From contig CAXAFE010000010.1 in assembly GCA_963968165.1 (NCBI GenBank), positions 471-64,470 of the forward strand: a stretch of 64,000 nt of DNA, in the 5' to 3' direction. Within the stretch, counting starts at the first letter, position 1. Each line of letters starts with the position of its first letter. The position numbers and the translations under genes are program-made. Positions 49,398-59,899 of this stretch are shown here, piece by piece. The notes beneath the pieces are model-generated. The model made no database searches. It saw nothing but the letters and a program-made list of their open reading frames with translations, and had not been told where the DNA came from. This DNA comes from an uncultured Candidatus Poseidoniales archaeon. Lineage in GTDB: Archaea; Thermoplasmatota; Poseidoniia; Poseidoniales; Thalassarchaeaceae.

Positions 49398-50668
49398 CAT
49401 GGGTCCGTAGACACTGACCAAGATTCTGTTGTTCCTCCACCATTCCCAGGTGCAGTTTCTAAAACATAATTATAATATGACGTATCGGTGACTACTAGTT
49501 GATCTGTCCATGCAGAATTTTGAGTAACCTCTACAACGAAGTAATAGCATCCGTGCTCTGACTCCTCCCATTGATCTTTTGGAACGTATTTAATTTCAGA
49601 AAAATCAGGATGATTTATTGATCCTTCTAGAGGTAATTCTGATCCAAAATCACCTATTACATATTTTCCTGAACCAAATTCACCAGAGTTAGAATTCCAT
49701 TCTGCTTGAGCAAATGGATCTAATGGGCTGCCAGTTACGCTAACATCAGGATAATCTATGGCTATTTTTCCATCTTCGTAGTATAATGTAGCAGACAAAT
49801 TATAATCGGCTAACGGTAAACTTGCTGGACGACTATTAGATTTTAATCCAGACCAAGAGACTAACGATACTCCAATTACACAATTATCATATGAACCACA
49901 ATCATCTGAACTTTCGCTAATAACTGCACTTGTCTGCCCTTGAACATCATCAATTGTTCTTGATAGATGATTTGAATCCAATATAGCAGACATAGATATG
50001 CCATTAACGGTTATTTCCATTATGTAATTTGTTGAGGGTAGGGCATTACCAACATAAAAGTCCGAAATAGTTAAAATTAATTTTCCATAATCTCCATAAC
50101 CATCTGATTTATCAATTTTTAGTTCCATAGTCTGAGACCAAGTTCCAATCATAATACCTGCATCAACTGGTGATGAGGAACCTCCATTTTGTCGGATTTT
50201 AATTTCTAAATTATTTCCATCATCAGTAATTTCTATATCTCCTATTGACATATCGCCTACTAAGACCGATCCAAGAATTATTGGTAAAAGAATCATAGAT
50301 AAATACGACGTTGCAACAATTACAGCAGGAATAACTTTGACGCCCGGTCCGCCGACACTAATTGGCGTGCCTATTCCTAAAAATATCCATACTGCAATCA
50401 AAGAAATAACAGAAACAAAAGACATTATTGCAGTAATTGGAAAGGTATCGGGAATAATATAAATTCCAAACCACATTATTATTATTATTGGAAGTAAACC
50501 ACCGATTCCTAAGGCAGCAATAATTTTCTGAATGGATATTACATCATTATTAGTAGATTTGGGGATTACAGCATCTTCCAGTATTCCAGACGAAACTTGG
50601 ACATCTGAAGAATTATCATTATTTTCTTGTTGTTCTAACGCTTTCTGAAGAAGACCGCCTGTACTCAT
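49394..50668 (-). CDS. Hypothetical membrane protein (3 TM plus extracellular beta-rich domain)
   Basis: Hydrophobic N-terminal region; acidic C-terminal domain with Cys pairs. Confidence 0.72.
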   Translation of the reverse strand: MSTGGLLQKALEQQENNDNSSDVQVSSGILEDAVIPKSTNNDVISIQKIIAALGIGGLLPIIIIMWFGIYIIPDTFPITAIMSFVSVISLIAVWIFLGIGTPISVGGPGVKVIPAVIVATSYLSMILLPIILGSVLVGDMSIGDIEITDDGNNLEIKIRQNGGSSSPVDAGIMIGTWSQTMELKIDKSDGYGDYGKLILTISDFYVGNALPSTNYIMEITVNGISMSAILDSNHLSRTIDDVQGQTSAVISESSDDCGSYDNCVIGVSLVSWSGLKSNSRPASLPLADYNLSATLYYEDGKIAIDYPDVSVTGSPLDPFAQAEWNSNSGEFGSGKYVIGDFGSELPLEGSINHPDFSEIKYVPKDQWEESEHGCYYFVVEVTQNSAWTDQLVVTDTSYYNYVLETAPGNGGGTTESWSVSTDPC

Positions 50669-50757
50669 TTAATATGCCCCGCATTTGAATCCACAATTAA
50701 GTTAGGTTATCAACCCGTTGATGGATATCGCCTAGCAATGTAGAATAATTGGTGATT

Positions 50758-51699
50758 TTAAAACAACCGAGAATCGAAGGGCTCTAGCAAAGAATCGTCA
50801 TTTTCTTCTTCTCTAAACGTGTTATTTCTACCTGCAAGCGCTACTGCTGCTAAGGCTGTTATCATCATAGTTCCAGTCAACTCAAAACCCGGAAGATAAA
50901 TTCCTCGGATGTAAATAGTCATACTTTGGACCTGATAATTAGGTATACCTTCTGTTCTCACTGAAAACTCAGAAGTAGCTTTAAATTGTAAATTGTAATA
51001 TTGATCTGTCCACCCTTGATTCTTGGGAGTTCGCATTTGAACTCTAAATTTAGTTGGAGGAGCAAGTGAATCAATTTCATCTGTGAGTAATGGGATACTT
51101 AGTTGGAAGCCTGCGTCGTTCAATTCATCATAATTTTGAATTTCTACATTAAATTTATCCCTCGCATTCCCATCGTTATAAACATCAAATTGAAGCATAT
51201 AGTCTACTTTTGGCCTTAATTGTAAGAACGCTAATTCAGCACCAACTCTCAGTCTACTAAACTGTTTGTAGACAGCCAATACTTTACTTTCAACTGGCTC
51301 AGACACTCCAGATACAGGACCACCTCCCCATGTGACTACTTCTGCAGTTATCGTAACAACTTGCTGCCCTTCTGGGGCACGTAGTTCGGCCCTAAGTGCA
51401 ACCTCAAAACTCGCTGTTGAACCACCAGATACAGATTTAGAACCAGGTCCTGCGACGCCTAAAATACCTCCTGAGTAAGTTAGTTTAACGGTTTCTGAAA
51501 ATGTAGTGGGATTCTGTAGTGAACAGTATACTATACTTGTTCGAGTAGAACCAGGGAAAACATCTATTGGAGTTGGTTGTTGACAATCCAAGGAAACTTC
51601 AGGAGAAGTTTGTGCTTGTACCATAGCAACACCAGATAATGTACTGAGGAAATAGACACCAATTAGCATCACAGCAGTTCTAAACGAGGAACTCATCAC
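50758..51699 (-). CDS. Surface protein, choice-of-anchor-T-like, with PGF-CTERM-like sorting signal
   Basis: Signal peptide; two Ig-like modules (VYNDGNARDKF); C-terminal LPGFE + hydrophobic helix + R. Confidence 0.7.
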   Translation of the reverse strand: MMSSSFRTAVMLIGVYFLSTLSGVAMVQAQTSPEVSLDCQQPTPIDVFPGSTRTSIVYCSLQNPTTFSETVKLTYSGGILGVAGPGSKSVSGGSTASFEVALRAELRAPEGQQVVTITAEVVTWGGGPVSGVSEPVESKVLAVYKQFSRLRVGAELAFLQLRPKVDYMLQFDVYNDGNARDKFNVEIQNYDELNDAGFQLSIPLLTDEIDSLAPPTKFRVQMRTPKNQGWTDQYYNLQFKATSEFSVRTEGIPNYQVQSMTIYIRGIYLPGFELTGTMMITALAAVALAGRNNTFREEENDDSLLEPFDSRLF

Positions 51700-51774
51700 C
51701 CTTTGGCTTTCCCGAACCTTATTTTATACTTCTGATGATATGTACGTAAAACAATCAATTTTTGTAAATTATTT

Positions 51775-51851
51775 TGGTGGACCCGACCGGATTTGAACCG
51801 ATGGCCACTCGGTTATGAGCCGAGCGCTCTAACCAACTGAGCTACGGGTCC
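51775..51851 (-). tRNA. tRNA with CAT anticodon, probably tRNA-Ile2 (agmatidine type)
   Basis: Reverse complement GGACCCG...CTCGG-CT-CAT-AA-CCGAG...CGGGTCC-A-CCA. It lacks initiator features (A1-U72, three consecutive G-C anticodon pairs), and the arm resembles archaeal Ile2. Confidence 0.9.
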
Positions 51852-51996
51852 TATAGCCCTCGCCCAGCACCAAATGTCATGAACTTTATCTTTTTCATAA
51901 TTGAGATAGGACTTGAGTTTACGATAGTTTTCATCTACATTCAACTGTAATATTTATCCATGTAAACGTTCCGGATTGACCGAAGGGTGTAAAAAA

Positions 51997-54765
51997 ATGA
52001 GTGAACAATTAAGTGTAAAAAATATAGCGATTGGTTGTATTGTGATTGGATTATTGCTTCCAATGATTAATTTAACAGTTATTTCAGGAATGGCTACAGA
52101 TGGAGTAATTTCAGGAGTTGGAGATAAGATGGCTGATGACAGAGATGAATTAACAGATTGGGAAGATCCAGATTGGCTTGTGACTACTAGTGAAAGATCT
52201 TATTTTGCAAATTCTATAACTAATGTTGATGAATTAGAGGCAGGAGATATTCCTGAACTTGAGAAAATGGGACCATTTATTTATACAGTTACAACCACCA
52301 AAGACATAATAAATTTTGATGAAATAAATGGAGTAATTACTTATTCGGAATATGATAGTTTTGATTGGTGTTCAGATTGTACTTGGACTGATGATCAAGG
52401 AGTTGAACACCAGTCAATAAATGGGACAACCGACGTGACTCAAGTCAATATTTTATACAATACTCAGCTTATAGCAGGTCTCGCCACAGGAATAGACTAT
52501 GGAGGTATTTTTGCAAAAGCAGGATTTGCAAATAATATGATTAATTTTGAATTACAAAATAAGGCCCCAAGTATTTGGTCTGCTAATGATATTTCACTTG
52601 CCGTTGCTGGACTTGGAGGCATTGCAGTATTAGATGAATCATATGCTAGCTGGAATGCTTCTTCGATGGCAGGAATGATGACTCCAAATTTCACTTCGTC
52701 GGCTTCTTTCATTATGGAAGAAGCAGTGTCAGATACTGGTGTATGTATAGCACTAACATGTGAAATTGGTCCGGTACTAGTTGCGGGAATGGGGGCGCCG
52801 AGTGCTGAAGTGACTGCTAATAGATCTGTATTATATGGATACTCTGATGTTATAGAACCAGAATTGACTCATATAGACTGGGCAGTATATGCTCTCGCAG
52901 CTACTACTTTCAGTAACCATGGTGGCGGTGCTAATTTGTCTGAAGTTGATAATTTGAAAGAAAGATTGGCGGCAGTAACAGAATCAACATTAGGTAGTCC
53001 CGTAAATATTAATAATCCGGCTGCACTAGATTACATCTTATTTGGTATTAATGAAGATACAGGTAATGCAGCAGGTCTTTTGACTGAAACTGATTTCTTT
53101 GGAATCCCCTTAAATGGAGTTGCTTTGTTCCTTTTAGGTGCATCTGGAAATGCATTTGATGCAATGGTAGAATATGGAGTAGGATTAGGAGATTTGCTCA
53201 GCTTGGTAGACTATTCGGGAAGATGGTTAGCATATGATAATCCTTTGATTGGTACTCCAAGTGATTTTTCAATGATATTAGTTGGCGACAGTGGTACATT
53301 AAATGGTGATCAATGGTGGTTGGAATCATTTGGAGGTAATGAGCCGATTGCTAATGGTTATTTGAGCATAGGATTGAATAGAGCAGATTTAGAAGGTACG
53401 ATAGACATGTCCGCAGATAAAGCAAATGAAATCTTATATACTGGTGAATATTCTTTGACAGGTAGTTTCGCGACTGAATTTATGTACGGAGAACTTAGTG
53501 GATTATCTCTTCCGAGATCTTCAACAGGGCCAGTTGCAGGAGGAGTTCAAGCAGTTTGGGATAATGCGTACGTCGCATCATTATATGAAATATCAGAACC
53601 TGAAGCTAATGCACTAAGAAGCTGGGTAATTGATTTTATGTTCCCGTCAGTAGTTCCAGCATTACTAAATTTCCAATATGGTGCTACTCCATATACCACA
53701 CAACCCATGAATAATTGGCTATATGGTTGGGACGATGCAGTTCTTGCAGGATTGGGAAGATTTAGTTGGGTAACATTAGAAACTAATGAGACGTATTTTG
53801 GTTCAGTTTCTGATGATAATCCCAATGGAATTTCAACAGGAGATTATACAGTATACCAAATGAGTACAGGAACAGGGGCGAATAATGCTGATAACATGGA
53901 ACATGGATTGCTTAGAGGATACATTAATTCAGATGGGAATGGATTATGTGACTTTAAATTCGATGATTTGGGAGAAGTAGAGTATCTTGTTGCTTGTGAA
54001 GCAAATGAAACCTATGGCATGACAGAATATTTACCTTGGAGAGCCCCTCATAATGAAGCGGCTACCTATGGCTTATTATCAGATAATGTTGGAAATACTA
54101 ACACTGTTTGGGCAGGAACTATTGGAGGAATCGCTGATGCAGAAGAATCTTTTAATGTCAATTTAGTAGGTTATGCAATTGCAGAAAGTGTAGTTGGTGA
54201 TGAAGTAACGTACAAAAATATTCCAATGGTTGAACATAGCGTCATTCTTGATCCTGCTGAAAATCAAATTCAAGGCAAATTGATTGGAAGTGGTACATTT
54301 GTAGATGCAATGCCAGGGGCTTTACCTGTTTATTTTGCATCTGAAGTAGATATAAAAGTTGAACCAATAACTAATGTAGCAATGTATGGAAAATCAACAT
54401 CTTCATTTGTGTTCGACTACAGAGGTCCAGGGAGTATCGATCCTGACTTTAATGCAGAATACATGAAAACAGTATTTGAAATCCATACTTTTAGTGAAAT
54501 ATCCGACGAAGATGCTGAATCATTCAAGGGGACAGTATTAGATCACACAGGACCACTTTTCTGGAAGAATGTAGTAACAGGAAAAGATGCACGTGAGGAT
54601 ACCGAACTTGAAGCACTAACTACGGTAGCATATGTCTCGGCTGCAATGTATGTTGGGGGACTAGCATTAGTAATGTTTGGAGCCGTAAGAATTGGAAAGT
54701 TAGCTGGCAATGATGAAACAGCATACCAGGTTTCCGATTCGAACGCATCAGATATTGAGGAATAA
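51997..54765 (+). CDS. CD36/scavenger-receptor-class-B-like membrane protein with large insertion
   Basis: TM helices at both termini; colinear blocks [53 protein letters not shown] and [11 protein letters not shown]. ATG at 51997. Confidence 0.75.
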   Translation: [922 protein letters not shown]

Positions 54766-54825
54766 ATTTAATTTAATAATTTATACTATCATAACCTTGA
54801 TTTGAAGCACTTCATCTTGCGAGCT

Positions 54826-55893
54826 ATGGTGCCGAGGCTACGTCATGTAGATCAGATGAGAGCTATTGCTGTTTTGTTCATGGTAGAAGTACACACAGCA
54901 GCAATATTACCTCCTCAAGGAATATCCGAGGGACATCCCATGGCATTCGTAGCGGCGGCATTTGGAGGTATGGCAGCACCTATGTTTGTGACACTTTCAG
55001 GATGGGGAATATACAAAAGTGGATTAAAGAGACATACTCTATTAGAAAAAAAATGGTTAAAATGGATATTACCAAGATTTATTTTATTATTTATTTGTCA
55101 GATACTAGTAAATTTAGCACTTAATATTGATAGAGGTGGAAGATTTTATTGGCACACCCCAGGAGTCTTGACATTACTCGCATTGGCCACAATATTGACA
55201 CCACTAATTATTACTATATCAACTAGATTAAGGAGCTTAATGATGATTATAATGATACTTTCACCTATCTTTTTGGGAGAATATAATGGCATGAATTGGT
55301 CATGGGATCATAGAGTCGGGTCAATTGATTTTTTTGATTGGATGCAGAGATTATTTTGGAATGGAACATATCCATTAATCCCCTGGTTGAGTTACATATT
55401 TCTGGGTTCATTGATATACGATTTTAAGAATAATTTACATTCAAGAGATAGACTAATAAAAATTGGACTATTGATTACAATCCTTACATTTCTCATCTCC
55501 ATTTTACAAAAAAGGGCATGGGCGTTAACTTCAGGAGATGCAGTGTTAACATTTTTCCCAGCAAGTACTTCATTTTTGATTGTTTCAGGAACAATGGTAT
55601 TGATAATTATGAAAATACTTGAAGGAGAAGAGCCGAGGGGCGGATTTTCTCGCTTTGAAAATAAACTATCATCATTAGAAGCTGTGGGAAAGATAACATT
55701 AACAATTTATGTTCTACATTTTTTAGTTCTCGGGGCCGCGGCATTCGTTATGGATGGAAGACCTAGGTTGGATATTATTACTGCTTTTTCTATCACCATA
55801 TTACATACATTGTCATGGATACCTTTTGCAAATTGGCATCAAAAGAATATTTCTAAAATATCTTTTGAGAATCTATTAAGGAAAATAAGCTAA
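54826..55893 (+). CDS. DUF1624 / heparan-alpha-glucosaminide N-acetyltransferase-like membrane protein
   Basis: RLRHVDQMRAIAVLFMVEVH, AAPMFVTLSG, YPLIPW..YIFLG and G.ITLTIYVLH motifs. Confidence 0.82.
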   Translation: MVPRLRHVDQMRAIAVLFMVEVHTAAILPPQGISEGHPMAFVAAAFGGMAAPMFVTLSGWGIYKSGLKRHTLLEKKWLKWILPRFILLFICQILVNLALNIDRGGRFYWHTPGVLTLLALATILTPLIITISTRLRSLMMIIMILSPIFLGEYNGMNWSWDHRVGSIDFFDWMQRLFWNGTYPLIPWLSYIFLGSLIYDFKNNLHSRDRLIKIGLLITILTFLISILQKRAWALTSGDAVLTFFPASTSFLIVSGTMVLIIMKILEGEEPRGGFSRFENKLSSLEAVGKITLTIYVLHFLVLGAAAFVMDGRPRLDIITAFSITILHTLSWIPFANWHQKNISKISFENLLRKIS

Positions 55894-55897
55894 AAAA

Positions 55898-58800
55898 TTA
55901 AGTGTCCGTGATCCAACTTATTGGGCCAAACCAAACGCTATTGCCTCCATTAGTAGCTTCTATTCTGGCATGATAAGTTGTTCCTGAATCTAGTTCCGAT
56001 AATTGATATGATTCATAACCAATATTTGGCGTAGCCAAAGTTACATTGTTCGACCACCCTGTTGGTTGCTCCCCTCCATCATTTTCACCATAATGTAATA
56101 TTAAGCTGGTATTAGTACCATTATCATAAGTTTCCCAATTTAAATTTGCAGATGTTTCACCTATATCGTCAATGTAAATATTCCTAATTAACGTAGAATA
56201 TACATAATATTCGCCTCTCAAAGGATCATCAACCCATATTGGATATTGATTCAAGGTATCAAATGTCTCTTGATTTAAAGGGAATCCCCACGCTTCAAAA
56301 TAAGGAGCTAAATTATATTCAGTAGAATTTGATATATGCATAACCCATGAATTAAATTTTTCAATATCTCCACTGGGAACTTCAGCTGGTGGTAATTCAT
56401 AATAAATTGATAATGTATCAGTAAAAGGTGTCCACCCCCACTTCTCCTTGATAATTAAATGAGTATCAAGAGCCACCCAGACCGACCAATTGTTAATATT
56501 TGAACCATCATTAAAATATTCACTCATTCTCAAATGCCTTTGATCAGAATCTGTTGCACTATGGCCAGATATTCCAACTAGTTCTTCCATTAAATATACG
56601 CTAGCAAAATTACAGGTTGTTTCTGTATTTCCAGGTAATGTAGATGGCATCCATTGGTGATTATGCCCTAATTCATGAAACATTCCCCAATCTCCATTTT
56701 CTCCAATATAAGATAAGTCAAGTACATCAGGGACGCTCAAATCGTGAGCCATAAATGGGTAGCCAGAATGCATCCATCCTACAGATATTTGTGCATCGAA
56801 AACCGCCCTTTCAATTCTTGGCCACGGAGTAAATCCGTATAATTCATGCTCCATGGCTAGAGCTTCGTCCCACCATTCCATTAATTCATCAGGGTTATCA
56901 AGATTCCTAATTTCCTCACTTGGAACTGTCATGATGAATAAATCGCTACCTATCTCTGCCCATGGAGCTGGAGCATCTCTAATTTCTTGTATCCAATTTG
57001 TCATATTTGTTATTTCATTATTAAAATATGGTGCTTTGATTGCATTGGAAATCATAATGTCAAATTTCCCTAATTCTGAACCCGCATCAAGGCTGATATA
57101 AATCAAACCTCCGAATGAATTACCAACTTCCAAGGTAGTATTATCAATATACCAATATCTAATTATATTAGGAAATCTATGCAATTGGCTTTTTTCCCAA
57201 AGATTATCAGAATGCGCGCCTATCAATATTGATACTCCTTGGTTTACGTAAGATTCATTTAATGAAATTGAAATTACTTCTCCTGGTCCTGCATATAGTC
57301 CTGTTGACATCCTTATGGGAGAACGTGCTCCAGAATAGCCAAAGTTAGTTGGTAAACCTGATTGATTTCCATCAATATTAATTATTTTAGATATCCTAGT
57401 TATATTTTCAGGTATTATTCCTGGAAATTCTACATGACTTGGGTGGATAGGTAGTTCTCTGGCTGGTAAATTTTGCGTCAATGCATCCTCAACCCTTAGC
57501 AATACATCGGCAATGGGATCTTCTCCCATATTGTATCCAATATTTTCCCATAGAGTACCGTATTCAATTGTAGTCCAACCTGTTGAATTGACAGTTTTTC
57601 TCAATTGCCTCCAGAAATTATCAAAATCCAGTGAAACTACTCCTGTGCAAATAGATAAAGTATTATCAATTATAATTGCTTCATTATCACTTACACTGAC
57701 GCTATTCAGGCGGTTGTTCATTATTGCCTCAATGGCAGCATATGGACGGGAAAATTCATGAGGCGTTTTACTTAAATCTACGCTATTGTAGCCCCATGCA
57801 TTTGATATAAATAATCCAGTTATTTGGGCAATTTTATTTCCAGGGTAGTTATGTGCTAAGTCAGTGTTAGAATAAGACCAATACCATGCATGGCCGCCCA
57901 TTATTAAACCGCCTCCTTCTAGTAAAAACTTAGTTATATTATCATTATCAGAATGTGAATGACCATTCCAGAATTCATCTAATAAACAGTCTATCTGAGA
58001 TAAATCTTCGGGAGTTACATCTAAGACAACATTATGTCCATCATTTTCTAGTTCGTCTTGGAATGATTCAAAACCGGTACCATAAGCTATTCCTACATCA
58101 GCATTTTCTCCACATACCCAGTTCACGGCCCTAAGAGAAAAAATTGTTTCTTGGGAACCTCCTCCAGTGACCCAACCTTCATGTCCATATCCTATCATTT
58201 TACCTCTGCCTACATGGCTACCAGAGATTACAGGGATATCATTCGTATATCCTCCCTCGGTAAAGCCAATAGGAAAGGACCATTGGCCAATTGGTAGAAT
58301 CGGTGAAGGCCATCCCTCCCAGTCGGTTTGGCCCATTCCATTCAATAAGTCAAATTGATCAGCAGATAAATCATGAATCGCCAACCATAATTGAGATGTG
58401 AAGGATCCTCCGGAGTTATTTGACCATACTGTATACTCTTGCCAGTCACTTCTTGAATTGGGGATTCCTTCAATAGAACCATTTGGCATCATCATAATTC
58501 CATTTGGTAGTTTTGGAAAAACTTCCCAGGTATCTATCGTAGGACCATTATTATGAGGTTTTATCAATATAGAAGTATTCGATGCAAAAACATAATCTCC
58601 GTCTATCCATGAAATATTATTAGGAATTTGGTTAGATATCCTGATATTTATTTCTGTAGAATTGGTTCCTCCTGAATTATTTGCCCATACCTCATATTTT
58701 ATCCATTCTTGTTCAATTAATGCATTACCACTTATTTCTCCATTAGTATAATTAAAAATTAGACCTGTGGGTAAACTTGGATTTATTTGCCACATTGTAG

Positions 58801-59899
58801 GTGTTCCACCCTGCCATGATGGAGCAAAAATTTGAATACTTTCATCTATAGACAATTGTAAATTTACAAATTGATAAGCAATATTTTTAACAGGTAAATC
58901 CAGTATTTCTATCCAGATATCTGTAGAAACTGAACCTTTAGAATTAGATGCATTGATTACATATTTTTTAAAATCTTGAATATAAATAGGTTTACCCTCC
59001 ACTGAACCATCAGAGTTGATAAATCTAAGTCCTGGTGGTAATGTAGGCTCTATGGTCCAATTATCTACTTCTCCTCCATTTATTGAAGGCGATATTAGTA
59101 CATATTCATTTTTTTTAAGAGAATAATTTTCGGCTGGAAATTCTAGATATGAAGGAACTTCTGGTTGCGAAGCTAATCTAATACTTGTAAAGGATTCTCC
59201 CCCTTTATTTGAAATAGTTATAATATAATCAAGGTCAAATTCGAATTCCGTAATACCATTAATGGAACCATTTGAATTTAATATTAATCCACTTGGGAGT
59301 GAAGGAAATATATTCCAATTTTCAGGAGTTCCTCCCTGTAGCTTCGGAGCATCAAGGGTACAAATTTTTCCAATTGTACAAATATACTTTAGGGCACTAT
59401 ATTCTATAGATTTGGGAGAATTTGGGAGTATTTCAATATCCAATGTAGTTGTCGACAGGCCTGCATTATTACTCGCAATTATCGTATATCTAGATATATC
59501 CTTTGAGAACATAGGATTTCCAGTTATTACTCCTGAATTTTCATTCAAATTGAAACCTAATGGAAGTGGAGGATTGACTTGCCATAATTCTGGGCCGTCT
59601 CCAATAAAGCTAGGAGTTAAGGCTTGCATTTCCATACCCACTGATAATATGATAGATTTTTCACCATAATTAAGATTTTCAGGCCTTAGCATTATTCTAC
59701 AATTATTGCCTGTAAATACTTCTTTAGACGAGCAATCATCTTCTAAAATTATAGTTTTTAAACACTTAATATGAGTCGGATATATTTCGCAATCTATGGC
59801 TATATCATTATTCGAATCTTCTTGATTTGAGAGTCCTGTACACCCCGCTGTTAGCATCAAAGTGACAACAAGTATTGTTGAATTGAATCTTGTTGACAT
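55898..59899 (-). CDS. M60-family metallopeptidase lipoprotein with five putative-Ig (He_PIG) repeats and a C-terminal FN3-like domain
   Basis: Lipobox-like LTAGC; five PxLPxG(L/F/I) repeats; STGLYA, APWAEI, MHSGYP, WGMFHELGHNHQ and TETTCN. Confidence 0.9.
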   Translation of the reverse strand: MSTRFNSTILVVTLMLTAGCTGLSNQEDSNNDIAIDCEIYPTHIKCLKTIILEDDCSSKEVFTGNNCRIMLRPENLNYGEKSIILSVGMEMQALTPSFIGDGPELWQVNPPLPLGFNLNENSGVITGNPMFSKDISRYTIIASNNAGLSTTTLDIEILPNSPKSIEYSALKYICTIGKICTLDAPKLQGGTPENWNIFPSLPSGLILNSNGSINGITEFEFDLDYIITISNKGGESFTSIRLASQPEVPSYLEFPAENYSLKKNEYVLISPSINGGEVDNWTIEPTLPPGLRFINSDGSVEGKPIYIQDFKKYVINASNSKGSVSTDIWIEILDLPVKNIAYQFVNLQLSIDESIQIFAPSWQGGTPTMWQINPSLPTGLIFNYTNGEISGNALIEQEWIKYEVWANNSGGTNSTEINIRISNQIPNNISWIDGDYVFASNTSILIKPHNNGPTIDTWEVFPKLPNGIMMMPNGSIEGIPNSRSDWQEYTVWSNNSGGSFTSQLWLAIHDLSADQFDLLNGMGQTDWEGWPSPILPIGQWSFPIGFTEGGYTNDIPVISGSHVGRGKMIGYGHEGWVTGGGSQETIFSLRAVNWVCGENADVGIAYGTGFESFQDELENDGHNVVLDVTPEDLSQIDCLLDEFWNGHSHSDNDNITKFLLEGGGLIMGGHAWYWSYSNTDLAHNYPGNKIAQITGLFISNAWGYNSVDLSKTPHEFSRPYAAIEAIMNNRLNSVSVSDNEAIIIDNTLSICTGVVSLDFDNFWRQLRKTVNSTGWTTIEYGTLWENIGYNMGEDPIADVLLRVEDALTQNLPARELPIHPSHVEFPGIIPENITRISKIINIDGNQSGLPTNFGYSGARSPIRMSTGLYAGPGEVISISLNESYVNQGVSILIGAHSDNLWEKSQLHRFPNIIRYWYIDNTTLEVGNSFGGLIYISLDAGSELGKFDIMISNAIKAPYFNNEITNMTNWIQEIRDAPAPWAEIGSDLFIMTVPSEEIRNLDNPDELMEWWDEALAMEHELYGFTPWPRIERAVFDAQISVGWMHSGYPFMAHDLSVPDVLDLSYIGENGDWGMFHELGHNHQWMPSTLPGNTETTCNFASVYLMEELVGISGHSATDSDQRHLRMSEYFNDGSNINNWSVWVALDTHLIIKEKWGWTPFTDTLSIYYELPPAEVPSGDIEKFNSWVMHISNSTEYNLAPYFEAWGFPLNQETFDTLNQYPIWVDDPLRGEYYVYSTLIRNIYIDDIGETSANLNWETYDNGTNTSLILHYGENDGGEQPTGWSNNVTLATPNIGYESYQLSELDSGTTYHARIEATNGGNSVWFGPISWITDT

